In this document: in pieces, positions 41,670 through 50,792 of the stretch
Position numbering within the stretch: the stretch's first letter is position 1
How the letters are laid out: every line of letters starts with the position of its first letter
NCBI GenBank assembly: GCA_963825525.1
Contig: CAWGTN010000002.1
Span: forward strand, 512,001-576,000
Reading direction: 5' to 3'
Source: an uncultured Chloroflexia bacterium
Lineage (GTDB): Bacteria > Chloroflexota > Limnocylindria > QHBO01
Length of the DNA stretch: 64,000 nucleotides
The notes under the pieces: generated by a model
Databases searched by the model: none
What the model saw: only the letters and a program-made list of their open reading frames with translations
What the model was told of the DNA's origin: nothing
Program-made: the position numbers and the translations under genes

Positions 41670-41753
41670 TGGTGGGCGAGGCGAGATTCGAACTCGCACG
41701 TCTTGCGACACCGGCTCCTAAGGCCGGCGCGTCTGCCGTTCCGCCACTCGCCC
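41670..41753 (-). tRNA. tRNA-Leu (TAG)
   Basis: GGGCGAG acceptor, CCGGC-CT-TAG-GA-GCCGG, long variable arm, GTTCGAATC, encoded CCA. Confidence 0.97.
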
Positions 41754-41872
41754 TCGAGATTGTGCTCACGAATCGCGAAGGCGCGAACCGTGGCGTTAGG
41801 GGTCGCGATGGATCGGCGGTCATTGTAGGCGGACCCACCGATGCCGGCACGTGGTGAAACCGGAGCGTCAGC

Positions 41873-42676
41873 TCAGGGCCTGAGCAGCTCGAACACCTGG
41901 GTCGGGCCGGAGAAACCCTTGAGCACTCGATCAGCGGCGTCGTCGAAGGAGAAGCCCTTGTCGACGCCCAACTCGCGGATGACGTCCGATGTGAGGATAT
42001 GCCCCGCGACGGCGACATCGCAGATGCGGCTTGCGAGGTTGACCGTCGATCCGAAGATGTCGTCGTTGTGGCGGACCGGCTGGCCACCCGCCATGCCGAT
42101 CCGGACGCGGAGGTCCTGAGCGGCGCCGGCGGCGTTCCTCGCATCGAACGCGTCCTGGATCGCCACCGCGCACTCGAGCGCCTTTGCGACGTCATCGAAC
42201 GAGGCCATGATGCCGTCGCCCGTGTGCTTCACCTCCCGGCCCCGTGACGCGACCAGTGCGCGCCGAATGATCAGGTCGTGCTCGGTGAGCAGGACCATGA
42301 ACGCCGCCTCGCCATGTTCCTCGAGCAGCGCGGTCGAGCCCTCCAGGTCGGTGAAGAGAATGGTCCGAAACGGGCTGGTGCCATCGGCGCTCTCGGCCGG
42401 GTCGTTGATCTTGCCGAGGAAGCGCAGGACGTTGTCCTCGGCGACGCTGATGATCTCGTTCGGGATCATGCCGTGCGCCTCCTTGTGGAGCGCCACGAGG
42501 TCGTCCGCGCTCGGTGCTTTGGCGAGGCAGAAGACTTCGGCGCGGTCGATGTCGAACCAGTACGCAAGCAGCTGCACGCCGTACTTCGCGGCCGGTATGA
42601 GGTCGAGTGCGTGGGCTTCCGCGACCTGCTCGGGGGTGACGCCGGGCAGGTCATGTCGGTCCATGAACATCGGCAT
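41873..42676 (-). CDS. DUF4242 (SCO4226-like metal-binding) domain fused to a class III adenylate/guanylate cyclase
   Basis: MP.FMDRH..AH..D..YW.D...FCL..AP..H..AHG; ILFTDLEGST, VKHTGDG, DDIFGSTVNLASRI, LKGF. Confidence 0.85.
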   Translation of the reverse strand: MPMFMDRHDLPGVTPEQVAEAHALDLIPAAKYGVQLLAYWFDIDRAEVFCLAKAPSADDLVALHKEAHGMIPNEIISVAEDNVLRFLGKINDPAESADGTSPFRTILFTDLEGSTALLEEHGEAAFMVLLTEHDLIIRRALVASRGREVKHTGDGIMASFDDVAKALECAVAIQDAFDARNAAGAAQDLRVRIGMAGGQPVRHNDDIFGSTVNLASRICDVAVAGHILTSDVIRELGVDKGFSFDDAADRVLKGFSGPTQVFELLRP

Positions 42677-42740
42677 GTGTCGTCCTCAGATGCGGCTGCC
42701 CGTACCCAGCCTACTCCGGCCGTGCGAGATTCCGCACCTC

Positions 42741-43424
42741 CTACCCGGAGGTACGGCTCATGCCCGAATAGTCCTTGCGCCGGTCCGCGGCCGCCGCGGC
42801 CTCGCGCTCCGCCTTCGAGCGCGTCATGTCGTTCTTGATGTCATCCGGCTCCGGCTCCGCTGCACCGCCGGCTGTGCCGAGCGCGTCGAGCGTGGCATTG
42901 CCCCGCGGGGCATCGCCGGAGAGGAAGCGTTCGACGGCCTTGCGGGCGAGAGCGGCCGTCAGGATGGCAGCACCCGCCTCGAAGGCGTTCCAGGCGGCCC
43001 GCTTGGGACCCGGAGGGCCCTCGGCCGCCTGCTTCGCCAGCTGCTTCGCCACCTTCTTGTGCTTCTTCGGATCATGCCGCCAGCGCAGGAGCTCCGCGGA
43101 CAGCGTCTCGCGAGCCTCCGCCGCCCGCGGCCCGATGGAGCCGGCCATCGAGTCGACCCAGCCCTGCATCGGCTTCGGCAGCGCGTCGAACGCCTTCTCC
43201 GGCTCGGAACGGAAGACGCGGCGTCGCGCGAGCTTCGCCACCCGAATCGGTCCTCCGACCAGCAGGAAGACGGCCCCCGCACCCAGGCCCAGCACCAGCG
43301 CCGGGTTCTCCTTGAAGCGCTTCTTGACGTCCAGCGCATCCCGGAGCTGATCGGCGGTCCGCTCGAGCTCGGTGCGCTGGGCGCTGATGGCTAGCCGCGT
43401 CTCAGCAAGCGGTTCTTCGCCCAT
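42741..43424 (-). CDS. DUF3618-like membrane-associated protein
   Basis: I..QR.EL..T.DQL..., NP + short TM; overlaps the upstream holin-like gene. Confidence 0.6.
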   Translation of the reverse strand: MGEEPLAETRLAISAQRTELERTADQLRDALDVKKRFKENPALVLGLGAGAVFLLVGGPIRVAKLARRRVFRSEPEKAFDALPKPMQGWVDSMAGSIGPRAAEARETLSAELLRWRHDPKKHKKVAKQLAKQAAEGPPGPKRAAWNAFEAGAAILTAALARKAVERFLSGDAPRGNATLDALGTAGGAAEPEPDDIKNDMTRSKAEREAAAAADRRKDYSGMSRTSG

Positions 43425-43795
43425 GCCACGTCCTCCTTCACGGCTGCAATCGTCTCTTCCGGGGTGTACTTCGTGCTGGTCACACGCTTGATGCCCCGCC
43501 AGGCCAGCAGGCCGGCACCCACGAGCAGCAGGACCAGCACGATGACGCCGACCCACCACAGGCCGACCGCGACCAGCACCGCCATGACGAAGGCGACCAG
43601 GGCGATCAGGAATACGAGCACCAGCATGAGGGCGATCGCGAGCAGGATGATGCCGCCCTTGAGATGGCCGAGGTTCTGCGCCATCTCCTGCTTGCCCCGC
43701 CGGACCTCCAGCTTCGCCAGGGCCACCCCGCCCGAGGCGAGGCGCTTCACCAGCGTGAATGCGTTCTCTCGTCGGGGCTTGGAGCCTGCTGCCAT
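43391..43795 (-). CDS. Holin-X/Phage_holin_3_6 (YqjE-like) membrane protein
   Basis: LAK.E....K.E, two TM, PEETI..VKED..W.K. Confidence 0.8.
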   Translation of the reverse strand: MAAGSKPRRENAFTLVKRLASGGVALAKLEVRRGKQEMAQNLGHLKGGIILLAIALMLVLVFLIALVAFVMAVLVAVGLWWVGVIVLVLLLVGAGLLAWRGIKRVTSTKYTPEETIAAVKEDVAWAKNRLLRRG

Positions 43796-43939
43796 GAAAC
43801 CTCCGGTGGATCGGAACGGAAACGCACGCCGATCGGCGCGCGTGAGGCTGACATTCTACCAACGAGCCTCCGTGCCACCACCATCGCAGGTTGGGTGCCA
43901 ACGCACCTTCGAGCCTCGTCCGCTATTCTTCGCGGCCAC

Positions 43940-44623
43940 ATGTCCAAGCGACGAACGTCCGGAATCCAGCGCCGCGAACGCGCCAGCAGCGAAGCCCTGA
44001 ACCGTCGAATCGACGGCAGCAGCGGCGGGATGACGCTTCCCGATTGGCGGCTTCTCGCCATCGGCGGCGTGCTGCTCGTCGGGGTGGTGATCATCGCGCT
44101 CGTCCTCCTGACGGGAGGGTCATCGAACCAGATCGCGGGCGAAACCCTCCCGAACGATGGGCAGCAGCACGTGCCGAACGGGACGACCTGTCGCTCCCCT
44201 GCCGCTCCGTGCGGCGCTGACCCGTATTCGTCGGTTCCTGGCGCGTCCGGGCCCCATTGGGAGCCGTCGGGTGTCGCGAATTGGGGCGTCTACGCCACGC
44301 CGCAGAACGAGTCCCAGGTGATCCACAACCTGGAGCATGGCGGGATCGTCATCTGGTACGACCCGGCGCTCGTCGATGACGCCGATGTCTCCGAAGTGGC
44401 CGGCTACGTCGAGGGCCAGGTCCAGTCGGGCATCAGCGGCAGGTACAAGTTCATCCTCAGTCCCTGGGGAGGCAATGAGGAGCTTGGCGCGGCGGTGGCC
44501 GTGACCGCATGGCGCCACCTCCTCAAGCTCGATGCCGTCGACATGGACGCCATCCGCGCATTCGCCGATGCGAGCTACCTGCGCTACGCACCGGAGCCGA
44601 ACGGCGGTCCGGGACCGCCCTGA
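43940..44623 (+). CDS. DUF3105 membrane-anchored protein
   Basis: TM, G..HV, P..SGPHW, VIHNLEHG.I.IWY, TAW, PE. Confidence 0.85.
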   Translation: MSKRRTSGIQRRERASSEALNRRIDGSSGGMTLPDWRLLAIGGVLLVGVVIIALVLLTGGSSNQIAGETLPNDGQQHVPNGTTCRSPAAPCGADPYSSVPGASGPHWEPSGVANWGVYATPQNESQVIHNLEHGGIVIWYDPALVDDADVSEVAGYVEGQVQSGISGRYKFILSPWGGNEELGAAVAVTAWRHLLKLDAVDMDAIRAFADASYLRYAPEPNGGPGPP

Positions 44624-44673
44624 CCGTCCCGCGCGGTTGACCCACCCGGTCGCCTGCGGCATCATTCGGTCGC

Positions 44674-44748
44674 GGGCGCCTAGCTCAACGGCAGAGCAAG
44701 TGACTCTTAATCACTAGGTTCAGGGTTCGAATCCCTGGGCGCTCACCA
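44674..44748 (+). tRNA. tRNA-Lys (CTT)
   Basis: GGGCGCC-TAGCTCAA..GAGC, AGTGA-CT-CTT-AA-TCACT, GGTTCGAATCC, CCA. Confidence 0.97.
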
Positions 44749-44763
44749 ACCCGCTCACCAACC
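44740..44763 (+). repeat. 12-bp tandem duplication of the tRNA-Lys 3' end
   Basis: cgctcaccaacc cgctcaccaacc. Confidence 0.85.
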
Positions 44764-44849
44764 GGGCGATCCTTCTCGGGCTCGCCGATCCGTCCGACCG
44801 TCATCGGGGCCCCCAGGGGCGGCCGCATCGGTCCACACCGGAGGCGCTC

Positions 44850-46130
44850 GTGGCCCACGTCCCGATCCAGCGGCACCTGCTCGACAACGGACTTCGCGTC
44901 ATCCTGTCGCGCGATCCACGCGCCCCGCTGGTGGCCGTCAACCTCTGGTACGACGTCGGGAGCAAGCACGAGAAGTCCGGCAAGACCGGCTTCGCGCACC
45001 TGTTCGAGCACATGATGTTCCAGGGATCGGCCAACGTCGAAAAGGGCCAGCATTTCAGCATGATCCAGGCGGCCGGCGGGACCCTGAACGCCAGCACCTG
45101 GCTGGATCGAACGAACTACTTCGAGACGCTGCCGGGCCATGAGCTCGAGCTTGCGCTCTGGCTCGAATCGGATCGCATGGCAAGCCTGCTGCCCGCAATG
45201 ACCCAGGAGAAGCTCGACAACCAGCGCGACGTCGTGAAGAACGAGCGCCGATGGAGTGTCGACAACCAGCCATACGGCGACTGGGACGAGCGCATGCAGG
45301 CCCTGGTCTATCCCGATGGCCACCCGTACCACCACTCGACCATCGGCTCGATGGAGGACCTCTCGGCCGCCTCGCTCGAGGATGTCCAGGAGTTCTTCGC
45401 CACCTACTACGCGCCAAATAACGCGGTGCTGACCGTCGCCGGTGACTTCGCCGAGGACGAGGCGCTGGCCATGATCGAACGTCACTTCGGTCCGATCCCC
45501 CCGAATGCGTCGCTGCCGGCGGCGCCGGATATGTCGGTCGACCCGCTCATCGGCGGCCCGGTGCGCGACGTGGTGCACGATGACGTTCCGCTGAGCCGGA
45601 TCTACCTCGGTCACCGCATTCCGCCCTTCGGTACGGACGCCTTCGATGCCCTCGACGTCGCTGCCGACGTGCTGGGAGCCGGACGCGCCTCACGCCTGTA
45701 CGCCAGCCTGGTCCGCGAGCAGCGGTTGGCGCAGGACGCCAGCGTCTTTGCCTTCCCGGTGGTCGGCGGCGCCAGCATGTTCGCCATCTGGGTCACCGCC
45801 CGCCCCGGCGTCTCGACCGAGACGCTCGAGCAGGCCACGCTGGCAGAGATAGATCGGCTCGCCACCGACGGGCCCACCGAGGCCGACCTCGAGCGGGTGA
45901 ACAACCTCCACGCAGCCCACGTGGCCGGCGCCCTCGAGCGGATCAGCGAGCGCGCGGACAAGATCAGCATGTACACCTGCCTCTTCGACGATCCGGAACG
46001 CATCAACGACGAAGTGAGCCGATGGCAGGCCGTCGACTCGGACCGAATTCGCGAGGCACTGACCTCGTCGCTGCGGGCGGACAACCGGGTGACGTTGACG
46101 TACGTCCCGGCCAAGGCGGCCGCGGCATGA
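44850..46130 (+). CDS. M16 (pitrilysin) peptidase, catalytic subunit
   Basis: L.NGL, G.AHLFEHMMF.GS (HxxEH), NAST..D.T.Y, E..R, YY.PNNA. Confidence 0.93.
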   Translation: MAHVPIQRHLLDNGLRVILSRDPRAPLVAVNLWYDVGSKHEKSGKTGFAHLFEHMMFQGSANVEKGQHFSMIQAAGGTLNASTWLDRTNYFETLPGHELELALWLESDRMASLLPAMTQEKLDNQRDVVKNERRWSVDNQPYGDWDERMQALVYPDGHPYHHSTIGSMEDLSAASLEDVQEFFATYYAPNNAVLTVAGDFAEDEALAMIERHFGPIPPNASLPAAPDMSVDPLIGGPVRDVVHDDVPLSRIYLGHRIPPFGTDAFDALDVAADVLGAGRASRLYASLVREQRLAQDASVFAFPVVGGASMFAIWVTARPGVSTETLEQATLAEIDRLATDGPTEADLERVNNLHAAHVAGALERISERADKISMYTCLFDDPERINDEVSRWQAVDSDRIREALTSSLRADNRVTLTYVPAKAAAA

Positions 46131-47470
46131 CGATGCGTCCCGTCGCCGGGGCCCCGCGGGCCTATCGATTCCCCGACTTCGAGCACCACCGTCTCGACAA
46201 CGGCATGGGAGTCTGGCTCGTTCCGCTCCCCGATCGCGAGCTCGTCAGCATCCACCTCCTGACCGATGCCGGCGCCGCCACCGAGGACGAGGACCACGCC
46301 GGGATCGCCGGCCTGACCGCACAGCTCCTGGTGACCGGCACTCGCCGCCTCGACGCCTCCGCGTTCGCCGAGACCACCGAGCGCCTCGGAATCGAGGTCG
46401 GCAGCGAGTCGTCCTGGGACAGCGCGCGTGCCGGATTCACGGCGCTGGGCAGCAAGCTGGAGGACGGCCTCGCGCTGCTGGCCGAGATGCTGCGCACGCC
46501 GAGGCTCGACCCCGGCGAGTTCGAGCGCCTCCGGGGCGAGCGACTGAACGACATCCTCCAGTCACGGGCGGATCCGGGTCGACTGGCCGACGAGAGCTTC
46601 CTGCGGGAGGTCTTCGCGGCCGATGTGCCCTACGGGCGCCTGTCATCGGGGCGTCCCGAGACGATCGAGCGACTGCAGGTCGAGGACGCGCAGGCATTCC
46701 ACGCCGCCAACTACGCACCGAACGTCGCCGACATCGTCATTTCCGGCGCGATCACCCCCGACGCGGCCATGACCTCGGTGACGAGCCAGCTGGGCGACTG
46801 GGCGGGCACGGCGCCCGGCCACCGAAGCTTCCAGCCGACCCAGCGCGGTGGCCGGCGCGTCGTGGTCGTCGATCGCCCCGGATCGGTCCAGAGCGAGCTC
46901 CGCGTCGGGCACCTGGGCATCGATCGACACGAGCCTCGGTATTTCGCCACGCTTGTCATGGCCGCGTTGCTGGGGGGCGTCTTCGGCAGCCGACTCAACC
47001 TGCGACTTCGGGAGGAGCTCGGTTACACCTACGGGGCTCGATGCGCCTTCGACCCGCGTCGAGCCATCGGTCCGTTCACCGCCACCACCGCCGTCCAGAC
47101 CGAGGTCACCGTCGACGCCATCCGCGAGCTGCTCGGCCAGCTCGAGCGCATCCGAGAAGTGCCACCGTCGGACGAGGAGCTGGCCAGTGTCCGGGACTAT
47201 CTCGTCGGCGTCTTCCCGCTCAGGTTCGAGACCACCGGCGGCATCGCATCGGCGATCGAGCCGCTGGCCGTCTACGACCTGCCCAGCGACTGGTGGCAGA
47301 CGTATCGGGCCAACCTGGAGGCGGTCACGCCGGAGGATGTCCATCGCGCCGCTGTCGACTTCGTCCGCCCCGATGAGGCCCTCATCCTGGTGACCGGCGA
47401 TGCCGCCCGACTGCGCGAGGAGCTCGAGGGCGCCGACCTTGGCCCGGTGGAGGTCATTCCGGCCGGCTGA
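46127..47470 (+). CDS. M16 peptidase, non-catalytic partner subunit
   Basis: LDNG, GIAGLTAQLL (no HxxEH), SRL...LREE.GYTYG; ATGA overlap. Confidence 0.9.
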   Translation: MTMRPVAGAPRAYRFPDFEHHRLDNGMGVWLVPLPDRELVSIHLLTDAGAATEDEDHAGIAGLTAQLLVTGTRRLDASAFAETTERLGIEVGSESSWDSARAGFTALGSKLEDGLALLAEMLRTPRLDPGEFERLRGERLNDILQSRADPGRLADESFLREVFAADVPYGRLSSGRPETIERLQVEDAQAFHAANYAPNVADIVISGAITPDAAMTSVTSQLGDWAGTAPGHRSFQPTQRGGRRVVVVDRPGSVQSELRVGHLGIDRHEPRYFATLVMAALLGGVFGSRLNLRLREELGYTYGARCAFDPRRAIGPFTATTAVQTEVTVDAIRELLGQLERIREVPPSDEELASVRDYLVGVFPLRFETTGGIASAIEPLAVYDLPSDWWQTYRANLEAVTPEDVHRAAVDFVRPDEALILVTGDAARLREELEGADLGPVEVIPAG

Positions 47471-48077
47471 CGCTCTCCCCGTGGCGACGCGCCAGCTCAT
47501 CGCGGACCTGTGAGCTGCCGATGCCACGCGCCGCCAGCAGCACCAGCGCGTGGTACACGAGGTCGGCCGCCTCGGCCACGACCTCGCCGTCAGTGCCGAC
47601 CAGCGCGGCAGCGGCCAGCTCGCCCGCCTCCTCGCTCACCTTTTCGGCTGGGCGTCGTGGACCACCGGCCAGCAGGCGTGCCGTGTATGACTCGCCGGCG
47701 TCAGCCGAGCGGCGCTCGGCGATCACTCGCTCCAGGGCGCGGAGGCCGAATGCTGGCGGGCCCTGGTCGAAGCACGATCGCGCCCCGGTATGACAGGCCG
47801 GTCCACTCGGATGGACGCGGTAGCTGATCGCGTCGGCGTCACAGTCGACGGTCATGCCGACCACCCGCATCACGTTGCCGCTCGTCGCGCCCTTGCGCCA
47901 CAGCTCCTGCCGCGACCGGGACCAGAAGTGCGCTTCGCCGGTCCGCTCCGTGGCCTCGACCGCCTCGGCGTTCGCCCAGCCCAGCATGAGGAGATCGCCC
48001 GTCCGCTCGTCGATGACCACCACGGGAAGGAGGGATCCACGCGACCAATCCGGCCGTCGATCACTCAGCCAAGCCAC
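47454..48077 (-). CDS. hisIE: Bifunctional phosphoribosyl-AMP cyclohydrolase / PR-ATP pyrophosphatase
   Basis: FWSRSR..LW.KG.TSGN, DCD.D, ACHTG..SCF; SYT..L, K..EE, E.ADL.YH. Confidence 0.95.
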   Translation of the reverse strand: MAWLSDRRPDWSRGSLLPVVVIDERTGDLLMLGWANAEAVEATERTGEAHFWSRSRQELWRKGATSGNVMRVVGMTVDCDADAISYRVHPSGPACHTGARSCFDQGPPAFGLRALERVIAERRSADAGESYTARLLAGGPRRPAEKVSEEAGELAAAALVGTDGEVVAEAADLVYHALVLLAARGIGSSQVRDELARRHGESVSRPE

Positions 48078-48865
48078 GCGGCCACCTCGCGCGGTGTCAC
48101 GACCGGGGCGGGCAGGCGGATGCTGAAACCGCGGCCGGCCAGCTCGGCCTTGAGCGTCTCGACCCGCAGGATCCCGAAGTGCAGCGTCGACGCCAGCAGG
48201 GCGGCCGCGGCACCGACCTCGAAGACCGCGGCCACGTCGTCGGCGCTGCCGGCGCCACCCGACGCGATGACCGGGACGCGCACCGACTCGGCGATGGCGC
48301 GGTTCAGGTCGAGGTCATAGCCCGACCGCGTCCCGTCCCGGTCGATGCTCGTGACCAGCAGCTCCCCGGCACCTCGCTCGACCGCCTCGCGCGCCCACGC
48401 CACGGCGTCACGCCCGGAATCCTGGGTGGCGGCGACCCCACGCACCCGCCATGCCGCCCCCGCGCGGGCGGCATCCACCGCCACCACCACGGACTGTGAG
48501 CCGAGCCGATCGGCGAGGAGGGTCACCAGCTGCGGGTCGCGCAGCGCGGCGCTGTTCACCGTCACCTTGTCGGCACCCGCGTCCAGGAACGCTGCCGCGT
48601 CGTCGACGGTCCGGACGCCGCCGCCGACCGCCAGCGGCACGTCGAGGGCAGCCGCCGCCCGGCTGATGAGGTCGAGCAGAGCAGGCCGGGCGTCAAGCGT
48701 GGCGCCGATGTCCAGGATCGTGATCTCGTCGGCGCCCTCCTCGGCGTACCGAGCGGCCATCTCGACCGGGTCGCCGGCGTCCACGAGGTCCGCGAAGCGC
48801 GTGCCCTTGACCACGCGGCCAGCGGTCAGGTCGAGGCAGGCGATGATGCGGCGACGGAGCGTCAT
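48065..48865 (-). CDS. hisF: Imidazole glycerol phosphate synthase, cyclase subunit
   Basis: RIIACLD..GRVVKG..F, GGG, GADKV, TSIDRDGT..GYD, SGGAG. Confidence 0.96.
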   Translation of the reverse strand: MTLRRRIIACLDLTAGRVVKGTRFADLVDAGDPVEMAARYAEEGADEITILDIGATLDARPALLDLISRAAAALDVPLAVGGGVRTVDDAAAFLDAGADKVTVNSAALRDPQLVTLLADRLGSQSVVVAVDAARAGAAWRVRGVAATQDSGRDAVAWAREAVERGAGELLVTSIDRDGTRSGYDLDLNRAIAESVRVPVIASGGAGSADDVAAVFEVGAAAALLASTLHFGILRVETLKAELAGRGFSIRLPAPVVTPREVAAWLG

Positions 48866-49590
48866 GACAGCGCCGCCACGGCCTCGGCCGGGTCGATCGC
48901 CCCGCTGAGGAGTGCCAGGCCGACCACCGCACCATCGCACCCGGCGCTGCGCACGGCACGCAGGTCGTCGAGCGAGCCGATGCCCCCGGCCGCCACCAGG
49001 GTCGCGTCGGGCACGGCCGCGCGGACACGTGCCAGCAGCTCCAGGTTCGGGCCGGCCAGCGTGCCGTCGCGACCGGTGTCGGTCACCACCAGCCGCGTCG
49101 CCCCATCCGTCACCAGCCGCCGAGCGAGCTCCATGGCATCCGTCTCCCCGGTGCGCAGCCAGCCGTCCAGTGCCGGGCGCCCCTCTCGGAGGTCCAGCGA
49201 GACCGCGATGCGGCCGGGATGGGCGAGCGTGCAGGCACGAAGGAACGCGGGATCCTCGATGGCCGCCGTGCCCAGCAGGGCCACGTCCGCTCGCTCCAGG
49301 GGGTCGGCGACGTCGGTTGGTCGCCGAAGGCCACCACCGGCCTCCACCAGCGTTTCCGGCGCCGCATCCCGCGCCGCTTCCACGATCCGACCAACCAGGT
49401 CCAGCTGCACCGGTCGGCCCGCTCGGGCGCCGGCCAGGTCAACGACATGGAGGCGTCGACACCCTGCGTCCACGAACCGTCGCGCCAGGTCGACCGGGTC
49501 GCTCCCCGCGTCGATCCGACGGTCGTAGTCGCCCTGGACGAGGCGCACCGCCCCGCCATCGAGCAGGTCGATCGCACAGATCAGCTCCAC
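48862..49590 (-). CDS. hisA: ProFAR isomerase
   Basis: AIDL.DG..VRL.QG, LHVVDL.GA, GGGLR, TD..RDGTL.GPN. Confidence 0.95.
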   Translation of the reverse strand: MELICAIDLLDGGAVRLVQGDYDRRIDAGSDPVDLARRFVDAGCRRLHVVDLAGARAGRPVQLDLVGRIVEAARDAAPETLVEAGGGLRRPTDVADPLERADVALLGTAAIEDPAFLRACTLAHPGRIAVSLDLREGRPALDGWLRTGETDAMELARRLVTDGATRLVVTDTGRDGTLAGPNLELLARVRAAVPDATLVAAGGIGSLDDLRAVRSAGCDGAVVGLALLSGAIDPAEAVAALS

Positions 49591-50202
49591 GTTGCCGCCT
49601 CCACGCGAGCGTCGAGCAGACCGGAGGCGAAGGCTCCGAGAAGGGCACGCCCGGTGCGCCCGCTCTTCTCGGGATGGAACTGGGTCCCGGTCATGGCGCC
49701 CGCTCGGAGCAGCGATGGGAATCGGAAACCCTCGACATCGGTCCAGCCACGAACGGCGGACGCATCGGCATCGAGCCAGTAGCCGTGGACGAAGTAGGCG
49801 TCGAATGCGCCGTTGCCGGTCTGGACCTGGTTCCAGCCGATGTGCGGCACGAGGCGCGGCCCGCCGTCCTTCGGGTCCGGGAACGCTCGACAGCGCCCCC
49901 CGATGAGGGCGAGGCCGGGAGCGTTGCCCTCCTCGGAGCCCTCAAGCAGGAGCTGGGCGCCAAGGCACAGACCGAGCAGCGGCCGGCCCGCCGCTCCCCA
50001 GGCGCGGAGCGGCTCCCACAGGCCGCGCGCCATGAGGGCGTCGACCGCCGACGGGGCGGCGCCGACACCCGGCAGCACGACCCGCTCGGCATCGGCCAGG
50101 CCATCCGGTGCCGGCCACGAGTCGGGCATCGGCGCCGATGGACTCGAATGCGCGCAGGACCGATCGCGTATTTCCGGCCCCGAAGTCGACCACGGCGATC
50201 AC
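49581..50202 (-). CDS. hisH: Imidazole glycerol phosphate synthase, glutaminase subunit; +1 frameshift near 50112
   Basis: IAVVDFGAGN..SV (ORF 49942 frame), then LPGVG, GLCLG.Q, PHIGWN, YFVH.Y, QFHPEKSG (ORF 49581 frame). Confidence 0.93.
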
Positions 50203-50792
50203 CGCAGGGTCTCCTTGGTGCTCGGGAGCGCGGTGCCGAGCCGTTCGTCGGGCTCCCACGCCTGGCGCAGGGAGCGCGCGAGGGACTTCGTGCCCGCTTC
50301 GACCAGGTGGTGGACGCTGGCCGCCTTGCGAACCTCCAGGTGCACCGCCGCACGCGCCTCGCGCGCCAGCGTCTCGACGAAATGGGGCCACAGCTCGAGC
50401 CACGCGTTACCGCCGAGGGGTGGATTCGGTCGCGGCTCCACGTCGGTGTACGCCCGACCACCGAGATCCACGGCACACAGCGCAAGGGCCTCGTCCATTG
50501 GCAGCCGCACGTCGCCGTATCGACGGATCCCGGCACGATCACCGAGCGCCTCGTCGATCGCCCGGCCCAGGACGAGCGCCGTGTCCTCCACCGTGTGGTG
50601 CTCGTCAATGTGCACGTCGCCACTCGCGGAAACCTCGAGGTCGACGAGCGCGTGGCGTGCAAAGAGGGTCAGGAGGTGATCCAGGAATCCAATCGGAGTC
50701 TCGACCGCGGCCGACCCCGTGCCGTCCAGATCGATGCGGACCCGGATCCGGGTCTCGGTGGTGGATCGTTCGACGGAGCCGATGCGGCTCAT
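50199..50792 (-). CDS. hisB: Imidazoleglycerol-phosphate dehydratase (monofunctional)
   Basis: R.T.ET.I, FLDH.L, D.HH.VED, PMDE, HH..EA..K, PSTK. Confidence 0.96.
   Translation of the reverse strand: MSRIGSVERSTTETRIRVRIDLDGTGSAAVETPIGFLDHLLTLFARHALVDLEVSASGDVHIDEHHTVEDTALVLGRAIDEALGDRAGIRRYGDVRLPMDEALALCAVDLGGRAYTDVEPRPNPPLGGNAWLELWPHFVETLAREARAAVHLEVRKAASVHHLVEAGTKSLARSLRQAWEPDERLGTALPSTKETLR

Noticed and set aside
41652-41711. N-terminal extension of tig given in the ORF track
   Set aside because: It overlaps tRNA-Leu; the SD-preceded TTG at 41651 is the better start
42741-43795. Holin-like gene near tRNAs as a prophage remnant
   Set aside because: The holin-X/DUF3618 pair is a common chromosomal module; no integrase or phage structural genes
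49581-50202. hisH and the other broken genes as pseudogenes or programmed frameshifts
   Set aside because: No slippery heptamer; all other motifs are intact and every lesion is the same +1 type, so error is more parsimonious
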